A DNA stretch of 33,976 bases from an uncultured bacterium. Lineage in GTDB: Bacteria > Cyanobacteriota > Vampirovibrionia > Gastranaerophilales > Gastranaerophilaceae. The position numbers and the translations under genes are program-made. Shown here in pieces: positions 25,286-33,847 of this stretch. A model generated the notes under the pieces. The model was not told where the DNA came from and did not search any database. It worked only from the letters and a program-made list of their open reading frames with translations. Where the stretch lies: NCBI GenBank assembly GCA_900314375.1, contig OMVC01000094.1:1-33976 (forward strand). The letters are read 5' to 3'. Each line of letters begins with the position of its first letter. Positions within the stretch are counted from its first letter, which is position 1.

Positions 25286-27421
25286 TCATCCTTCAACTTT
25301 TACTTCTTCTTCGCTTTTACTTTTGCTTATAAATACAAAGTTCTTTGAATCCCCTGCGCAGCATCCTTGGTCAAGACTTATATTCAAATCGCCCATAAAT
25401 ACTTCGTCTTTTCCTAATGCGTTAGGAATGATTGAGAATGTATTTGAAATACCGTCTTGGGCATCTTTGAACGGAAGTTTTGCAACAGAAGCTAATGATG
25501 CAACCGCACCGTTTTTATCTCTGCCATGCATCGGGTTTGCCCCCGGAGCCAGCGGAACGCCCTGTTTTCTTCCATCAGGCGTGTTGCCGGTTTTCTTTCC
25601 GTAAACGACATTTGATGTAATAGTTAATATTGACATAGTCGGGATTGAATTTCTGTATGTATTATGGGTTCTTATCATATCCATAAATTTGTGAACAATA
25701 TCAACTGCAATAGAATCAACTCTGTCATCATTATTTCCGTATTTCGGATAATCACCTTCTACTTCGTAATCAACAACAACTCCGTTCTCATCACGAATTG
25801 TCTTAACTTTTGCATATTTAATAGCTGACAGTGAATCAGCAACAACCGACAAACCTGCAATACCCGTTGCAAAATAGCGTTTTACATCCCTGTCATGAAG
25901 TGCCATTTGAGAACGTTCATAGCAATATTTGTCATGCATATAATGAATGACATTCAGTGTATTGACATACAACCAAGATAACCAATCCATCATAGCTTCA
26001 TATCTTTCCATAACTTCATCATAATCAAGGTATTCCGAAGTAATCGGTCTGTATTTAGGTCCGACTTGTTCTTTTAATTTTTCATCAACACCACCGTTGA
26101 TTGCATATAACAAGCATTTTGCAAGGTTTGCACGTGCGCCGAAGAATTGCATTTCTTTACCCACAACCATTGATGATACACAACAAGCAATCGCATAATC
26201 ATCCCCAAGCGTTACTCTCATCATATCGTCGTTTTCATATTGAATTGATGATGTTGTAATCGAAATATGCGCTGCATATTGTTTAAAGTTATGCGGCAAT
26301 CTTGTTGACCAAAGAACTGTCAAATTCGGTTCCGGTGCAGTGCCAAGATTTTCTAAAGTATGTAAATATCTGAACGAATTCTTTGTAACTAAAGTCCTGC
26401 CATCTACTCCCATACCGCCGATTGATTCTGTAACCCAAGTCGGGTCACCTGAGAATAAAGAGTTATATTCAGGAGTTCTCGCAAATTTTACCAATCTTAG
26501 TTTCATTATGAAATGGTCAATCAATTCTTGAGCTTCCGATTCCGTTATAATCCCTTCTTTTAAATCTCTTTCGATATAAATATCAAGGAATGTAGAAGTT
26601 CTGCCGATACTCATAGCTGCGCCGTTTTGTTCTTTTACTGCGCATAAGTACCCGAAATACAACCATTGAACAGCTTCTTTTGCGTTTCTGGCAGGTTGAG
26701 AGATGTCAAATCCGTAAATTTTTCCGAGTTCAATCATTTCCTGCAATGCACGAATTTGCTCTGCCAATTCTTCTTTCAATTGAATTTTTTCGGGTGTCAT
26801 TGTCCCGTGTACTGAAGCATGCTGTTCAACTTTATCTTCAATAAGTCTTGAAATACCATAAAGTGCTACACGCCTGTAATCCCCTATGATACGACCTCTG
26901 CCGTATGCATCAGGTAAACCTGTTAAAATTCCGGCATGGCGTGCTTTACGCATTTCAGGTGTATAAACGTCAAAAACACCTTGGTTGTGAGTTTTTCTGT
27001 ATTTTGTAAATATTTCACTGACTACAGGGTCAACTTCATAGCCATAAGATTTGCATGCCCCTTCGGCCATTCTTATTCCGCCAAACGGTTGAAGTGAACG
27101 TTTTAACGGTTTGTCTGTCTGCAATCCGACAATTTGCTCTAAATCTTTATCAATATAGCCAGCCCCATGAGAGGTTATGGTAGATACGATTTTTGTATCC
27201 ATATCGAGAACTCCGCCATTTTCGCGTTCTTGTCTGAATAAATCCAAACATTCATTCCACAATTTTTTTGTAGCTTCTGTCGGACCTGCCAAAAAACTTG
27301 AATCACCCTCATACGGAGTATAATTTCTTTGTATAAAATCTCTTACATTAATTTCTTTAGACCATTTACCGGGAACAAATTCAGTTTCAGGGTAAAGTTT
27401 TCTATTCTCAACCGTTTCCAT
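25286..27421 (-). CDS. pflB: Pyruvate formate-lyase catalytic body lacking the glycyl-radical domain, ending in a 38-aa non-homologous tail
   Basis: N-terminus ..[33 protein letters not shown].. and active-site AIACCVSSM. Homology runs to ..[19 protein letters not shown] and is then replaced by [37 protein letters not shown] followed by TGA TGA. Confidence 0.9.
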   Translation of the reverse strand: METVENRKLYPETEFVPGKWSKEINVRDFIQRNYTPYEGDSSFLAGPTEATKKLWNECLDLFRQERENGGVLDMDTKIVSTITSHGAGYIDKDLEQIVGLQTDKPLKRSLQPFGGIRMAEGACKSYGYEVDPVVSEIFTKYRKTHNQGVFDVYTPEMRKARHAGILTGLPDAYGRGRIIGDYRRVALYGISRLIEDKVEQHASVHGTMTPEKIQLKEELAEQIRALQEMIELGKIYGFDISQPARNAKEAVQWLYFGYLCAVKEQNGAAMSIGRTSTFLDIYIERDLKEGIITESEAQELIDHFIMKLRLVKFARTPEYNSLFSGDPTWVTESIGGMGVDGRTLVTKNSFRYLHTLENLGTAPEPNLTVLWSTRLPHNFKQYAAHISITTSSIQYENDDMMRVTLGDDYAIACCVSSMVVGKEMQFFGARANLAKCLLYAINGGVDEKLKEQVGPKYRPITSEYLDYDEVMERYEAMMDWLSWLYVNTLNVIHYMHDKYCYERSQMALHDRDVKRYFATGIAGLSVVADSLSAIKYAKVKTIRDENGVVVDYEVEGDYPKYGNNDDRVDSIAVDIVHKFMDMIRTHNTYRNSIPTMSILTITSNVVYGKKTGNTPDGRKQGVPLAPGANPMHGRDKNGAVASLASVAKLPFKDAQDGISNTFSIIPNALGKDEVFMGDLNISLDQGCCAGDSKNFVFISKSKSEEEVKVEG

Positions 27422-27575
27422 AAACCTTCTCCTTTATATATAATTTATCAATATTTATTGTATAAGATACACACTACGTCTGGTTTTCACATTTTATTAT
27501 ACAACATTTATAAAAAATTGTTTTAATTATTACAAATATTATAAATTTTTATTAACATATATATCCATCAAATAG

Positions 27576-27584
27576 TGGTATAAT
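27576..27584 (+). promoter_or_regulatory. Extended -10 element TGGTATAAT upstream of the 27617 gene
   Basis: TGnTATAAT match about 30 nt upstream of the ATG. Confidence 0.4.
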
Positions 27585-27616
27585 ATTTTAAAATAATAGG
27601 TTAGAATGTGTTTATT

Positions 27617-28321
27617 ATGAATATCAGGAAATTTTTCCGTTTTATTTATCTGATGATAAAAAAGCAGGAAGTACGAAGAAAACTTAATAAATTGAACAAA
27701 ATGAAATACAAAAACAAATCATCAAAGAGTATTTCCGGTTCTTCCGATGCTTTGGATATAAATGCCGAAACAGAAAACTTAATTGAGCAAACAAGACTTG
27801 ATATCGAAGAATTTGTAAAACAGGTTCAAGGTCAACCGGAACCTTTGATAGAAAATGTTAAAGCAGCCGGAACTCCCGTATACAGATTCCCGAACGCAAA
27901 AAAACTTCTCCAACCCTTAAAAGAAGAAACAGGTTTTATATGTGAAAAAAAAGGATTGGAAGCACTATATTTATCCATAATTACAGAGCATAAATTCAAA
28001 TTTTATACCCCGCCTATGTTTATTCTTAAAACAGGCAAACTGGAACCGTATTTAACGGTTTATAATTTTTATCTTTGGTACAGCCAAAAAGTCGGGTTAG
28101 ACGGTTTTGACTATGAAACCCAAAAGAAATTTAAAAAATATTATATAAATAACTCCAGTGAAGAAACAAACAAATTATCGTTAAAAGATATATATGAAAT
28201 TGAAGCCGCAATCAGCCGTGAAAAAGAAGCAACCGATTTTGTATTAAAATACGAAAAACACATTGAAGGCGCTAAAAACGTCCTAAACAAAATCAAAAAT
28301 GACGGCAGCGCAAATGTCTAA
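27617..28321 (+). CDS. Hypothetical protein (234 aa from the ATG; the track ORF starts at GTG 27608), no recognisable domain
   Basis: Long open frame with a basic N-terminus. I recognised no motif. Confidence 0.6.
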   Translation: MNIRKFFRFIYLMIKKQEVRRKLNKLNKMKYKNKSSKSISGSSDALDINAETENLIEQTRLDIEEFVKQVQGQPEPLIENVKAAGTPVYRFPNAKKLLQPLKEETGFICEKKGLEALYLSIITEHKFKFYTPPMFILKTGKLEPYLTVYNFYLWYSQKVGLDGFDYETQKKFKKYYINNSSEETNKLSLKDIYEIEAAISREKEATDFVLKYEKHIEGAKNVLNKIKNDGSANV

Positions 28322-28442
28322 ATTCCGGTATTTTGACTTATGCCAAAATAATTCATTTGTCAATTTTTGATATTTACACCGGATATAATTATTACTAGCA
28401 AAATTTATATTTATCATTTTTATAATTTTTGGAGGACAAAAA

Positions 28443-28643
28443 ATGAATATTACATTAAATACAGCTATTGGAAATAACAACTATATACATATAAACAAAT
28501 CAAATAATATAAGATATACACAAACAAATTTATTAAATCGCGCAAATGCCTGCGATGAAGTATCTTTCACGGGGGCTAAAAAAACAATATCCCTAAAAAT
28601 GAACATGACCAAGTTTATTGCAAAGTCATTGCAAGAGATTTGA
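28443..28643 (+). CDS. Hypothetical small protein (66 aa)
   Basis: Strong GGAGG RBS 7 nt before the ATG. The TGA stop overlaps the TTG start of the next ORF (TTGA). Confidence 0.55.
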   Translation: MNITLNTAIGNNNYIHINKSNNIRYTQTNLLNRANACDEVSFTGAKKTISLKMNMTKFIAKSLQEI

Positions 28644-30007
28644 AACTTAATAAAGAACAGACAGAAATCCTCTTTAAAACCGTAGCAGATTTTCTTGAAG
28701 AAAATGGATATGAATCATTACGGGACATTTATTGCGAAGGAGAAGAAAACTATGATAAGATGGGCAGTATAGAAGCAGTTTTGCAAGGACGTATATATGA
28801 AAATCTCGGTTATAATGACGAATATTCACAAGAAATCGGTGATTTTATAGCTACTGAAACAGTCAACAGAATTGATAAAGGAGATGACTATGTTACAACA
28901 GGACTAAAAAGAGCCAGCGTCCCTGCATTGAAAGAGTTATTCACAAATAACCGGGGTTCTGATATTGCCTTTTTCAAAGCTGTAAAAACATACCTGAATC
29001 TTACCCCTACACAATTGTTCGATTTTCAGACAATAGTTGAAAAAACTCTGGATGAACCTGATTTAATATACGTTAATGATATTATCCCTTTTGACTATAA
29101 TAATTTTAAAAATGATAACTTTGACGCAGAACCAAAATTCCCCCAAGTAATGAAAGAATTACAGAAAAAATTTAATTTATCAACTAAAGAAGAAAAGAAA
29201 ATAAAGAACTTATTCGAAATGAGAACACGTTTTAAAAACTTTGAAACTGAGCAGGCTTTAAGGATATTAAAATTGCAAGACGACATACCGACATTAATAA
29301 AAATTATGGATGTTGCAGGATACAATGACGGAACCATAGAAAAAAGAAAATTTTGTAATAATTTAATCAATTTAATGATGGCTGCTGCCGATAAAAATGA
29401 ATATACAAATCTCTTTGAAATATTTAAAAAAGAAAATTTATCAGCCGGTAAAGCACAAGGTATCATTGATTTTATATACTCCAGCAATTTATCACAAGAA
29501 AATAAAGGAAACTTAATATTAGATTTAATAGAAGCAAGCAGAATTGCTAAACCAAACAAAGATGAAACAATTGTTGAAGGGAACGGTGATGCCAGCATAC
29601 GCTCTGAAATAATGGCAAACAAACTTTGTGAGACTTTCGGTATAATTAAAAATAATTATACAATAAATGATATGAGTAAAGCTTTTAAACAGTTATATCC
29701 GGCTTATATAACCAACAAGGATTTAGCTTTAAGAAAAGATTTGAAAATGCAAAATCCTGTCATAAACACAGAACTGGAAAAAATAATTTCATGTTTAAAT
29801 GTTAAAGGTAACGAGGAAACTCCGGCAGAAGTTGCATACAAATTAGCGGAAAAATACAATCTCCCAAATGGTGCGGAAAAAACAATTATTAAGATTATCA
29901 ATGATGCAAAAGAATTATCAAAAAACGATCTTTGGGAATATATAATTACAAAAGAATATTACAATGACGATTCTGGTTATGACGATTATGACGATTCTGA
30001 CAATTAA
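28640..30007 (+). CDS. Hypothetical protein (455 aa), apparently all-helical, with an acidic D/Y-rich tail (YYNDDSGYDDYDDSDN)
   Basis: Long open frame with a start coupled to the upstream ORF. I recognised no domain. Confidence 0.65.
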   Translation: MKLNKEQTEILFKTVADFLEENGYESLRDIYCEGEENYDKMGSIEAVLQGRIYENLGYNDEYSQEIGDFIATETVNRIDKGDDYVTTGLKRASVPALKELFTNNRGSDIAFFKAVKTYLNLTPTQLFDFQTIVEKTLDEPDLIYVNDIIPFDYNNFKNDNFDAEPKFPQVMKELQKKFNLSTKEEKKIKNLFEMRTRFKNFETEQALRILKLQDDIPTLIKIMDVAGYNDGTIEKRKFCNNLINLMMAAADKNEYTNLFEIFKKENLSAGKAQGIIDFIYSSNLSQENKGNLILDLIEASRIAKPNKDETIVEGNGDASIRSEIMANKLCETFGIIKNNYTINDMSKAFKQLYPAYITNKDLALRKDLKMQNPVINTELEKIISCLNVKGNEETPAEVAYKLAEKYNLPNGAEKTIIKIINDAKELSKNDLWEYIITKEYYNDDSGYDDYDDSDN

Positions 30008-30051
30008 TAATTAAATTTGCATTAAAAAACTACTGCTTAGATATTTTTGTA

Positions 30052-30069
30052 TGTCATGCTGAATTGACA
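30052..30069. repeat. Short hairpin TGTCA-tgctgaat-TGACA, a degenerate member of the hairpin family below
   Basis: Read directly from the sequence. Confidence 0.4.
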
Positions 30070-30095
30070 AAAAATAGCGTGAGCGTAATTTTCTG

Positions 30096-30120
30096 TCACC
30101 CTGAACTTGTTTCAGGGTCA
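30096..30120. repeat. Hairpin repeat ...TCACCCTGAActtgtTTCAGGGTCA (8-bp perfect stem ACCCTGAA/TTCAGGGT)
   Basis: Read directly from the sequence. It is GC-richer than its surroundings. Confidence 0.7.
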
Positions 30121-30195
30121 TACCAACAAAAGCATTTATACAAAAAATTTAAGATTTTAATTTATTTATAGATTTATTCATGCACAGATTTCAAG

Positions 30196-30220
30196 ATGCT
30201 GAAGCAAGTTCAGCTTGTCA
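30196..30220. repeat. Related hairpin ATGCTGAAgcaagTTCAGCTTGTCA (stem GCTGAA/TTCAGC)
   Basis: Same CTGAA-N5-TTCAG core as the 30096 hairpin. Confidence 0.6.
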
Positions 30221-30233
30221 GAAAGGAAAAATT

Positions 30234-30338
30234 ATGACTAATAAAATTGGGCTTATTATCAAAAGACCAAAAGAGACTGTTACACAAAAAGAAATTGATA
30301 GAAACCGTGCAGAATATACAGCACAACTTTTAAAGTAG
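30234..30338 (+). CDS. Possible small ORF (34 aa, MTNKIGLIIKRPKETVTQKEIDRNRAEYTAQLLK)
   Basis: GAAAGGAAAAATT ATG context, with a terminator-like hairpin about 60 nt downstream. It is too short to validate. Confidence 0.3.
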   Translation: MTNKIGLIIKRPKETVTQKEIDRNRAEYTAQLLK

Positions 30339-30399
30339 GAAATGAAAGAAATATTAGAAAACAAAAAATAATTTTAATAATAAAGGGAGTCGAACTTTT

Positions 30400-30425
30400 G
30401 AAAAGCCCATAAAATAAGGCTTTTC
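30400..30425. terminator. Bidirectional terminator-like hairpin GAAAAGCC-cataaaataa-GGCTTTTC
   Basis: The stem has A/T runs on both sides. It sits between the small plus-strand ORF and the 3' end of the minus-strand SGNH gene. Confidence 0.55.
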
Positions 30426-30505
30426 TGTTGTTTGTTTACAATCGGTTTGGGAAGAAAGAACAGAGATTTTGAGAATTTCTAATATAAAAATATCACTTTG
30501 TCCTG

Positions 30506-31162
30506 TTATTGTTGGAATTCACCCAACCTACGAACTGCTTTGCAAATGGTATTATTATTTTTAATATAAGCTGTTAATTTGTTTGCGATAATTTTATGTG
30601 AATTTTCATCATAATGTAATCCGTCAATATCAGATGGTTTAACAATTGTGTTTATATCAAAAAATTTACAGTTGTATAAATCAGCAAATCTTTTATAAAT
30701 TTTACCAACATTTTTAGATTTATTAATGCTCTCATTATCAAACTGATAATTAAATGCACCTTTTAATATGTTCTCATTTAATATTACAGGCGGTATAATA
30801 ATTATTTTTTTTGCTTTTGTTTCAGCTAATTTAATTAAATTTTCTAAACCATTTTCTATAGCACTAAAACTTATATCATATTGAAATTGTAAGTCATTTG
30901 TTCCAATCCAAAGTATCAGCAAATCTATATTATCTGATTTTTTAATAAATTTAGGAAAATGTTTTGGAGCTGAAAATAACTCCCCTTTGGGGTTATTAAC
31001 AAATCCTGTTCTGTCACACATTCCTTCGTTTATAACTTCATATTCAACACCTAAATTCTTTTGCAAGAGGGAAGTCCATCGAATATTTTCGTCAAATCTT
31101 GAGCCGTCTTTCGGATTATATCCGAAAGTATTTGAATCTCCATAACATATAATCTTTTTCAT
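30506..31162 (-). CDS. SGNH/GDSL-family hydrolase (esterase/lipase-like)
   Basis: N-terminal block I MKKIICYGDSNTFGYNP (GDS-N), block III ILWIGTNDL and block V DGLHYDENSH (DxxH). Confidence 0.8.
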   Translation of the reverse strand: MKKIICYGDSNTFGYNPKDGSRFDENIRWTSLLQKNLGVEYEVINEGMCDRTGFVNNPKGELFSAPKHFPKFIKKSDNIDLLILWIGTNDLQFQYDISFSAIENGLENLIKLAETKAKKIIIIPPVILNENILKGAFNYQFDNESINKSKNVGKIYKRFADLYNCKFFDINTIVKPSDIDGLHYDENSHKIIANKLTAYIKNNNTICKAVRRLGEFQQ

Positions 31163-31173
31163 TTTTTCTCCTG

Positions 31174-32688
31174 TTATTTTTTATTTTGTTGTTTATGAGT
31201 GAATTCTTCCATAGAAACGAATCCTGATTTAAAAGTTACATTATTCGGTTTTTCACTGTTTGTAATGTTTTGTTTTTTATTATGCTTGCCCCTTGTCATC
31301 CAAATATTTAATTTAGGTAATAGTACACCGAGCATTATAGCAGAATATGCAATTCCTGACATTTGTGCAATATTTAATTTTCTTAAATTCTTTTCAACAT
31401 TACCACCTTGTGCAATTATTTCCTTTTGAGATTTGAGTGATACATCTTGAAGCCAATGTTTTATTCCTTTGCCTGATTTTGAAATATTAAACAAGTTTTC
31501 TTGTTTTGGATCAAATGCTTGCCCTACACCTTTTGCAACAAAACCGCCTAGTACTAACCAGTTTAAAAACCCTAGGTAATCTCTAATATTTGTTTCTCTT
31601 AATTCTGTTGAATCTTTCGAAGCAAAAATTCTGCCTAAAATTAGTGTTCCGTAAATAGTTTTAATTGCATTTCCGCTTGTTGCGGGTCCGTCAAATTCAA
31701 GTTTTTTAATTAAGTCAACAGGTTTTTTAACCCCCATAACTTTGGTAAGCATTAATACAAAAATCCCAGCGGATATTATTTTTTTTAGCCATAGACCTTT
31801 CTCTTTTTTCTTTTCATTTTTATCTTTCACATTATTTTCGTAACCGTTTTCACCTACAAAATTATCAATGCCGGTCCTTTTCTTTGTTAAATATCTGTTG
31901 AGGTATTGGTTTGTAATTGCAAGCCCCATAGATAAAGGTATAGCAATACCAATACGCAAATTATTCATTCGTTTTAATTTTGATATTATTTCACTTGGCA
32001 ATTGTTTGGTTTCGGAGAAGAAAATGTTTCTACCGGAATCAACAATATCTCTTAGTGTATGAGTAAGGTTTGAAGTTACTTCATTTTTACCTGATTTAAT
32101 TTTTATAGAATTATCAGCACCAAGAATATTTATTATTTCATCTTGAATTTCGATTAATATTTTTTTATTTGTCTTTTTGTCCATTGATTTATCTGTAATT
32201 AAATTTGTTAACTTTTCAATTACAGATTGCTTCTTGTTTTGCGCAATATCAGCAAAATTTTTGGTTTTTGAACCGACTTGACCTGACATTGAATTAAGGA
32301 GATTTTCAACATAACTTTTTGGAGTTTTATCTGATTTATTGTAAATGTCAGAAAACACATCAAGACCGTTATTTGTAATCCAGGAACCAGAATTTACTTT
32401 TATATTCGGGGTTAATCTTTTAGAGATAAATTTTGAAGCGATTACGGCAAACAGGGCTGCAGAAAATTCCGCAATAAAGGTTCCTGTGTATTCCCTAAAA
32501 CCCATTTCAATTCCGGCTTGTTTGCCTCTGTTTTTAGTTTCTACAATGGTTCTTGGGGTGTCCATTGCAAAAATATCAACAAATGATGCGTTTAGCATAT
32601 CATTGTTACTCAATGTGTAAAGGGCATTTGATAATCCTCCCATTGCAGAGGTAAAGTTCGGGGCATTATTTATCTTATCTATTTTCAT
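31174..32688 (-). CDS. Hypothetical multi-pass membrane protein (504 aa from the ATG at 32688)
   Basis: AAGGAG sits 9 nt upstream of the ATG at 32688 (MKIDKINN...); the track ORF starts at a TTG 36 nt further upstream. There are several hydrophobic segments (FIAEFSAALFAVIASKF, IGIAIPLSMGLAI, IISAGIFVLMLTKV, LNWLVLGGFVA, GIAYSAIMLGVLL). Confidence 0.7.
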   Translation of the reverse strand: MKIDKINNAPNFTSAMGGLSNALYTLSNNDMLNASFVDIFAMDTPRTIVETKNRGKQAGIEMGFREYTGTFIAEFSAALFAVIASKFISKRLTPNIKVNSGSWITNNGLDVFSDIYNKSDKTPKSYVENLLNSMSGQVGSKTKNFADIAQNKKQSVIEKLTNLITDKSMDKKTNKKILIEIQDEIINILGADNSIKIKSGKNEVTSNLTHTLRDIVDSGRNIFFSETKQLPSEIISKLKRMNNLRIGIAIPLSMGLAITNQYLNRYLTKKRTGIDNFVGENGYENNVKDKNEKKKEKGLWLKKIISAGIFVLMLTKVMGVKKPVDLIKKLEFDGPATSGNAIKTIYGTLILGRIFASKDSTELRETNIRDYLGFLNWLVLGGFVAKGVGQAFDPKQENLFNISKSGKGIKHWLQDVSLKSQKEIIAQGGNVEKNLRKLNIAQMSGIAYSAIMLGVLLPKLNIWMTRGKHNKKQNITNSEKPNNVTFKSGFVSMEEFTHKQQNKK

Positions 32689-32937
32689 TTGTAATTTCTC
32701 CTTAACAAAACAAGTTCTTAACAAAATAAGAACTTGTTTATAATATTTCTAACTAAAATCTGCGTGCAAAATTATAAGTAAGTTCTTAACAACAAGACTT
32801 ACAGCAACAACAGATTAAATTATTTACAAATAAATTTCCCATACTTATATAAAAAATGAAACAAAAATTTTTGTCAATAAGCTATTTTAATATAATTTAA
32901 TATTAGTAACATAAAATATTCTAATTATAAATTAAAA

Positions 32938-32967
32938 AGCCTGTAAAAATCATTGATTTTACAGGCT
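32938..32967 (-). terminator. Intrinsic terminator-like hairpin (11-bp stem AGCCTGTAAAA/TTTTACAGGCT) followed by a T-run on the minus strand
   Basis: The minus strand reads AGCCTGTAAAATCAATGATTTTTACAGGCTTTTTAATTT. Confidence 0.6.
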
Positions 32968-32993
32968 CTTATAAATAATGTTCGATTTTAAAA

Positions 32994-33027
32994 TAATCTG
33001 GGAAAGAGTAGTCGGAACTCGAACTGA
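32994..33027 (-). other. Degenerate copy of a tRNA 3' end (T-loop TTCGAGT plus acceptor-like tail ...CTCTTTCCCA followed by GATTA)
   Basis: The minus strand reads TCAGTTCGAGTTCCGACTACTCTTTCCCAGATTA. It resembles the tRNA-Leu 3' end at 33916-33940. It shares the 9-mer taatctggg (plus strand) with the copy at 33706-33714. I found no 5' half or cloverleaf. Confidence 0.4.
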
Positions 33028-33190
33028 TTTTGACACTGTATTTGAGTTTTTAAAAATGTTGATTGATGCTGAGCTGAGATTGTAACGATTGCCTAATATT
33101 TGCAAAAAATTAGGCAATTTTGTATGGAAAAAATACTTTATATAAATATAGTGTGTAACAGAAAGTTTACGTGTAAATGGAAGGTAAAAA

Positions 33191-33589
33191 ATGGATGCAA
33201 TAACAAGTGTCAGAAACAATTATAATGTATCTTGCAAAGCAAGAGCATTAAAATTTCATCAAAATGTTCCGCAAGAAATAAGAACGATGGTGACAGAAAA
33301 TCCCGCTGTACAAAGATTTATCAATGCTGATAAACCGAATACTTTAGTACAACAATTCTTAAACTTATTTAGAAAAAGTAAAAAATTAAATGTTGTATAT
33401 GATGATCATTACTATTGTTCTCGTCTTGGGATTACCGAAAATCAAGGAGAAAAGTTAAGTTTTTTATTTGATGGGAAAAAGAAAGTATTTGAATCAACTA
33501 ATACAAGAATTGGTATTAATAGAACAAACACTCCTTCATTGCAAGAACAATTAACGAATATGAGAGACCTTGAAGCAGAATTAAGATAA
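33191..33589 (+). CDS. Hypothetical protein (132 aa), no recognisable domain
   Basis: GGAAGG sits 7 nt before the ATG, and a strong terminator follows at 33672-33702. Confidence 0.6.
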   Translation: MDAITSVRNNYNVSCKARALKFHQNVPQEIRTMVTENPAVQRFINADKPNTLVQQFLNLFRKSKKLNVVYDDHYYCSRLGITENQGEKLSFLFDGKKKVFESTNTRIGINRTNTPSLQEQLTNMRDLEAELR

Positions 33590-33671
33590 AAGTGAATCTG
33601 TTAGTTTGGTGAAACCCAACAAAATACAAAGGTAGGTTGAACAAAAACTGTTAAAACAATGTATTAATATT

Positions 33672-33702
33672 AAAACAGACCGATTATTAATCGGTCTGTT
33701 TT
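33672..33702. terminator. Bidirectional intrinsic terminator AAAA-CAGACCGA-ttattaa-TCGGTCTG-TTTT
   Basis: Perfect 8-bp GC-containing stem flanked by an A-run and a T-run. Confidence 0.8.
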
Positions 33703-33710
33703 AGTTAATC

Positions 33711-33847
33711 TGGGCATGAAGAGACTCGTCTTGGATTTGCTCCACGCTCGGAAAGTTTCGCCTTTGAACCTTCGGTTCAAGTCTGCTCAATTTCCTCGCT
33801 ATCCGGACTAACTTCGTGTCGTCCGTCCGCAAATCCGCCGAACTCCC
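33711..33847 (-). ncRNA. Candidate structured small RNA: tRNA-Leu-type T-arm and acceptor 3' strand whose T-loop is interrupted by a 110-nt GC-rich insert
   Basis: The minus strand reads GGGAGTTCG [GCGGATTTGCGGACGG...GAGCAAATCCAAGAC] GAGTCTCTTCATGCCCA, whereas the intact tRNA reads GGGAGTTCGAGTCTCTTCATGCCCA. The insert is about 52% G+C by hand count. It is closed by an 8-bp stem GGATTTGC/GCAAATCC and contains hairpins TTGAACC-GAA-GGTTCAA and CGGAC-N12-GTCCG. Terminators bracket the element on both sides. Confidence 0.4.

Noticed and set aside
25189-25396. Confident call of a group I intron in pflB
   Set aside because: Only the minimal formal features are present: a U before the 5' junction, a P1-like pairing and a terminal G. 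I found no recognisable P3-P7 core or G-binding helix, the spacer is AU-rich, and a canonical RBS precedes the downstream ORF. I kept it only as an alternative hypothesis in the findings.
28443-28660. Programmed -1 frameshift fusing the 66-aa and 455-aa ORFs
   Set aside because: The overlap ATT TGA / TTG AAA has no slippery heptamer, and the P-site tRNA could not re-pair after a -1 shift. A TTGA stop/start overlap (translational coupling) explains it more simply.
28500-32690. Shared N-terminal motif (..VSFTGA.. in the 66-aa protein, ..PNFTSA.. in the 504-aa membrane protein) suggesting a common targeting signal
   Set aside because: Only a 3-4 residue resemblance at different distances from the N-terminus, which is not distinguishable from chance by eye.
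32959-33219. 86-aa minus-strand ORF, and similar short ORFs at 23507-23728, 27329-27526 and 28283-28480
   Set aside because: They span intergenic, terminator or tRNA-fragment sequence or overlap better genes. They lack an RBS and have low-complexity translations.
33729-33838. Identity of the GC-rich insert as SRP RNA, RNase P RNA or tmRNA (it contains AGTCCGGATAG and GGACGG strings)
   Set aside because: It is far too short for RNase P or tmRNA. It lacks the SRP domain IV consensus (GGUCCGGAAGGAAGCAGCC-like) and a tmRNA-type 3' end (T arm followed by an Ala-type acceptor strand and CCA). The similarities are limited to 6-7 nt strings.
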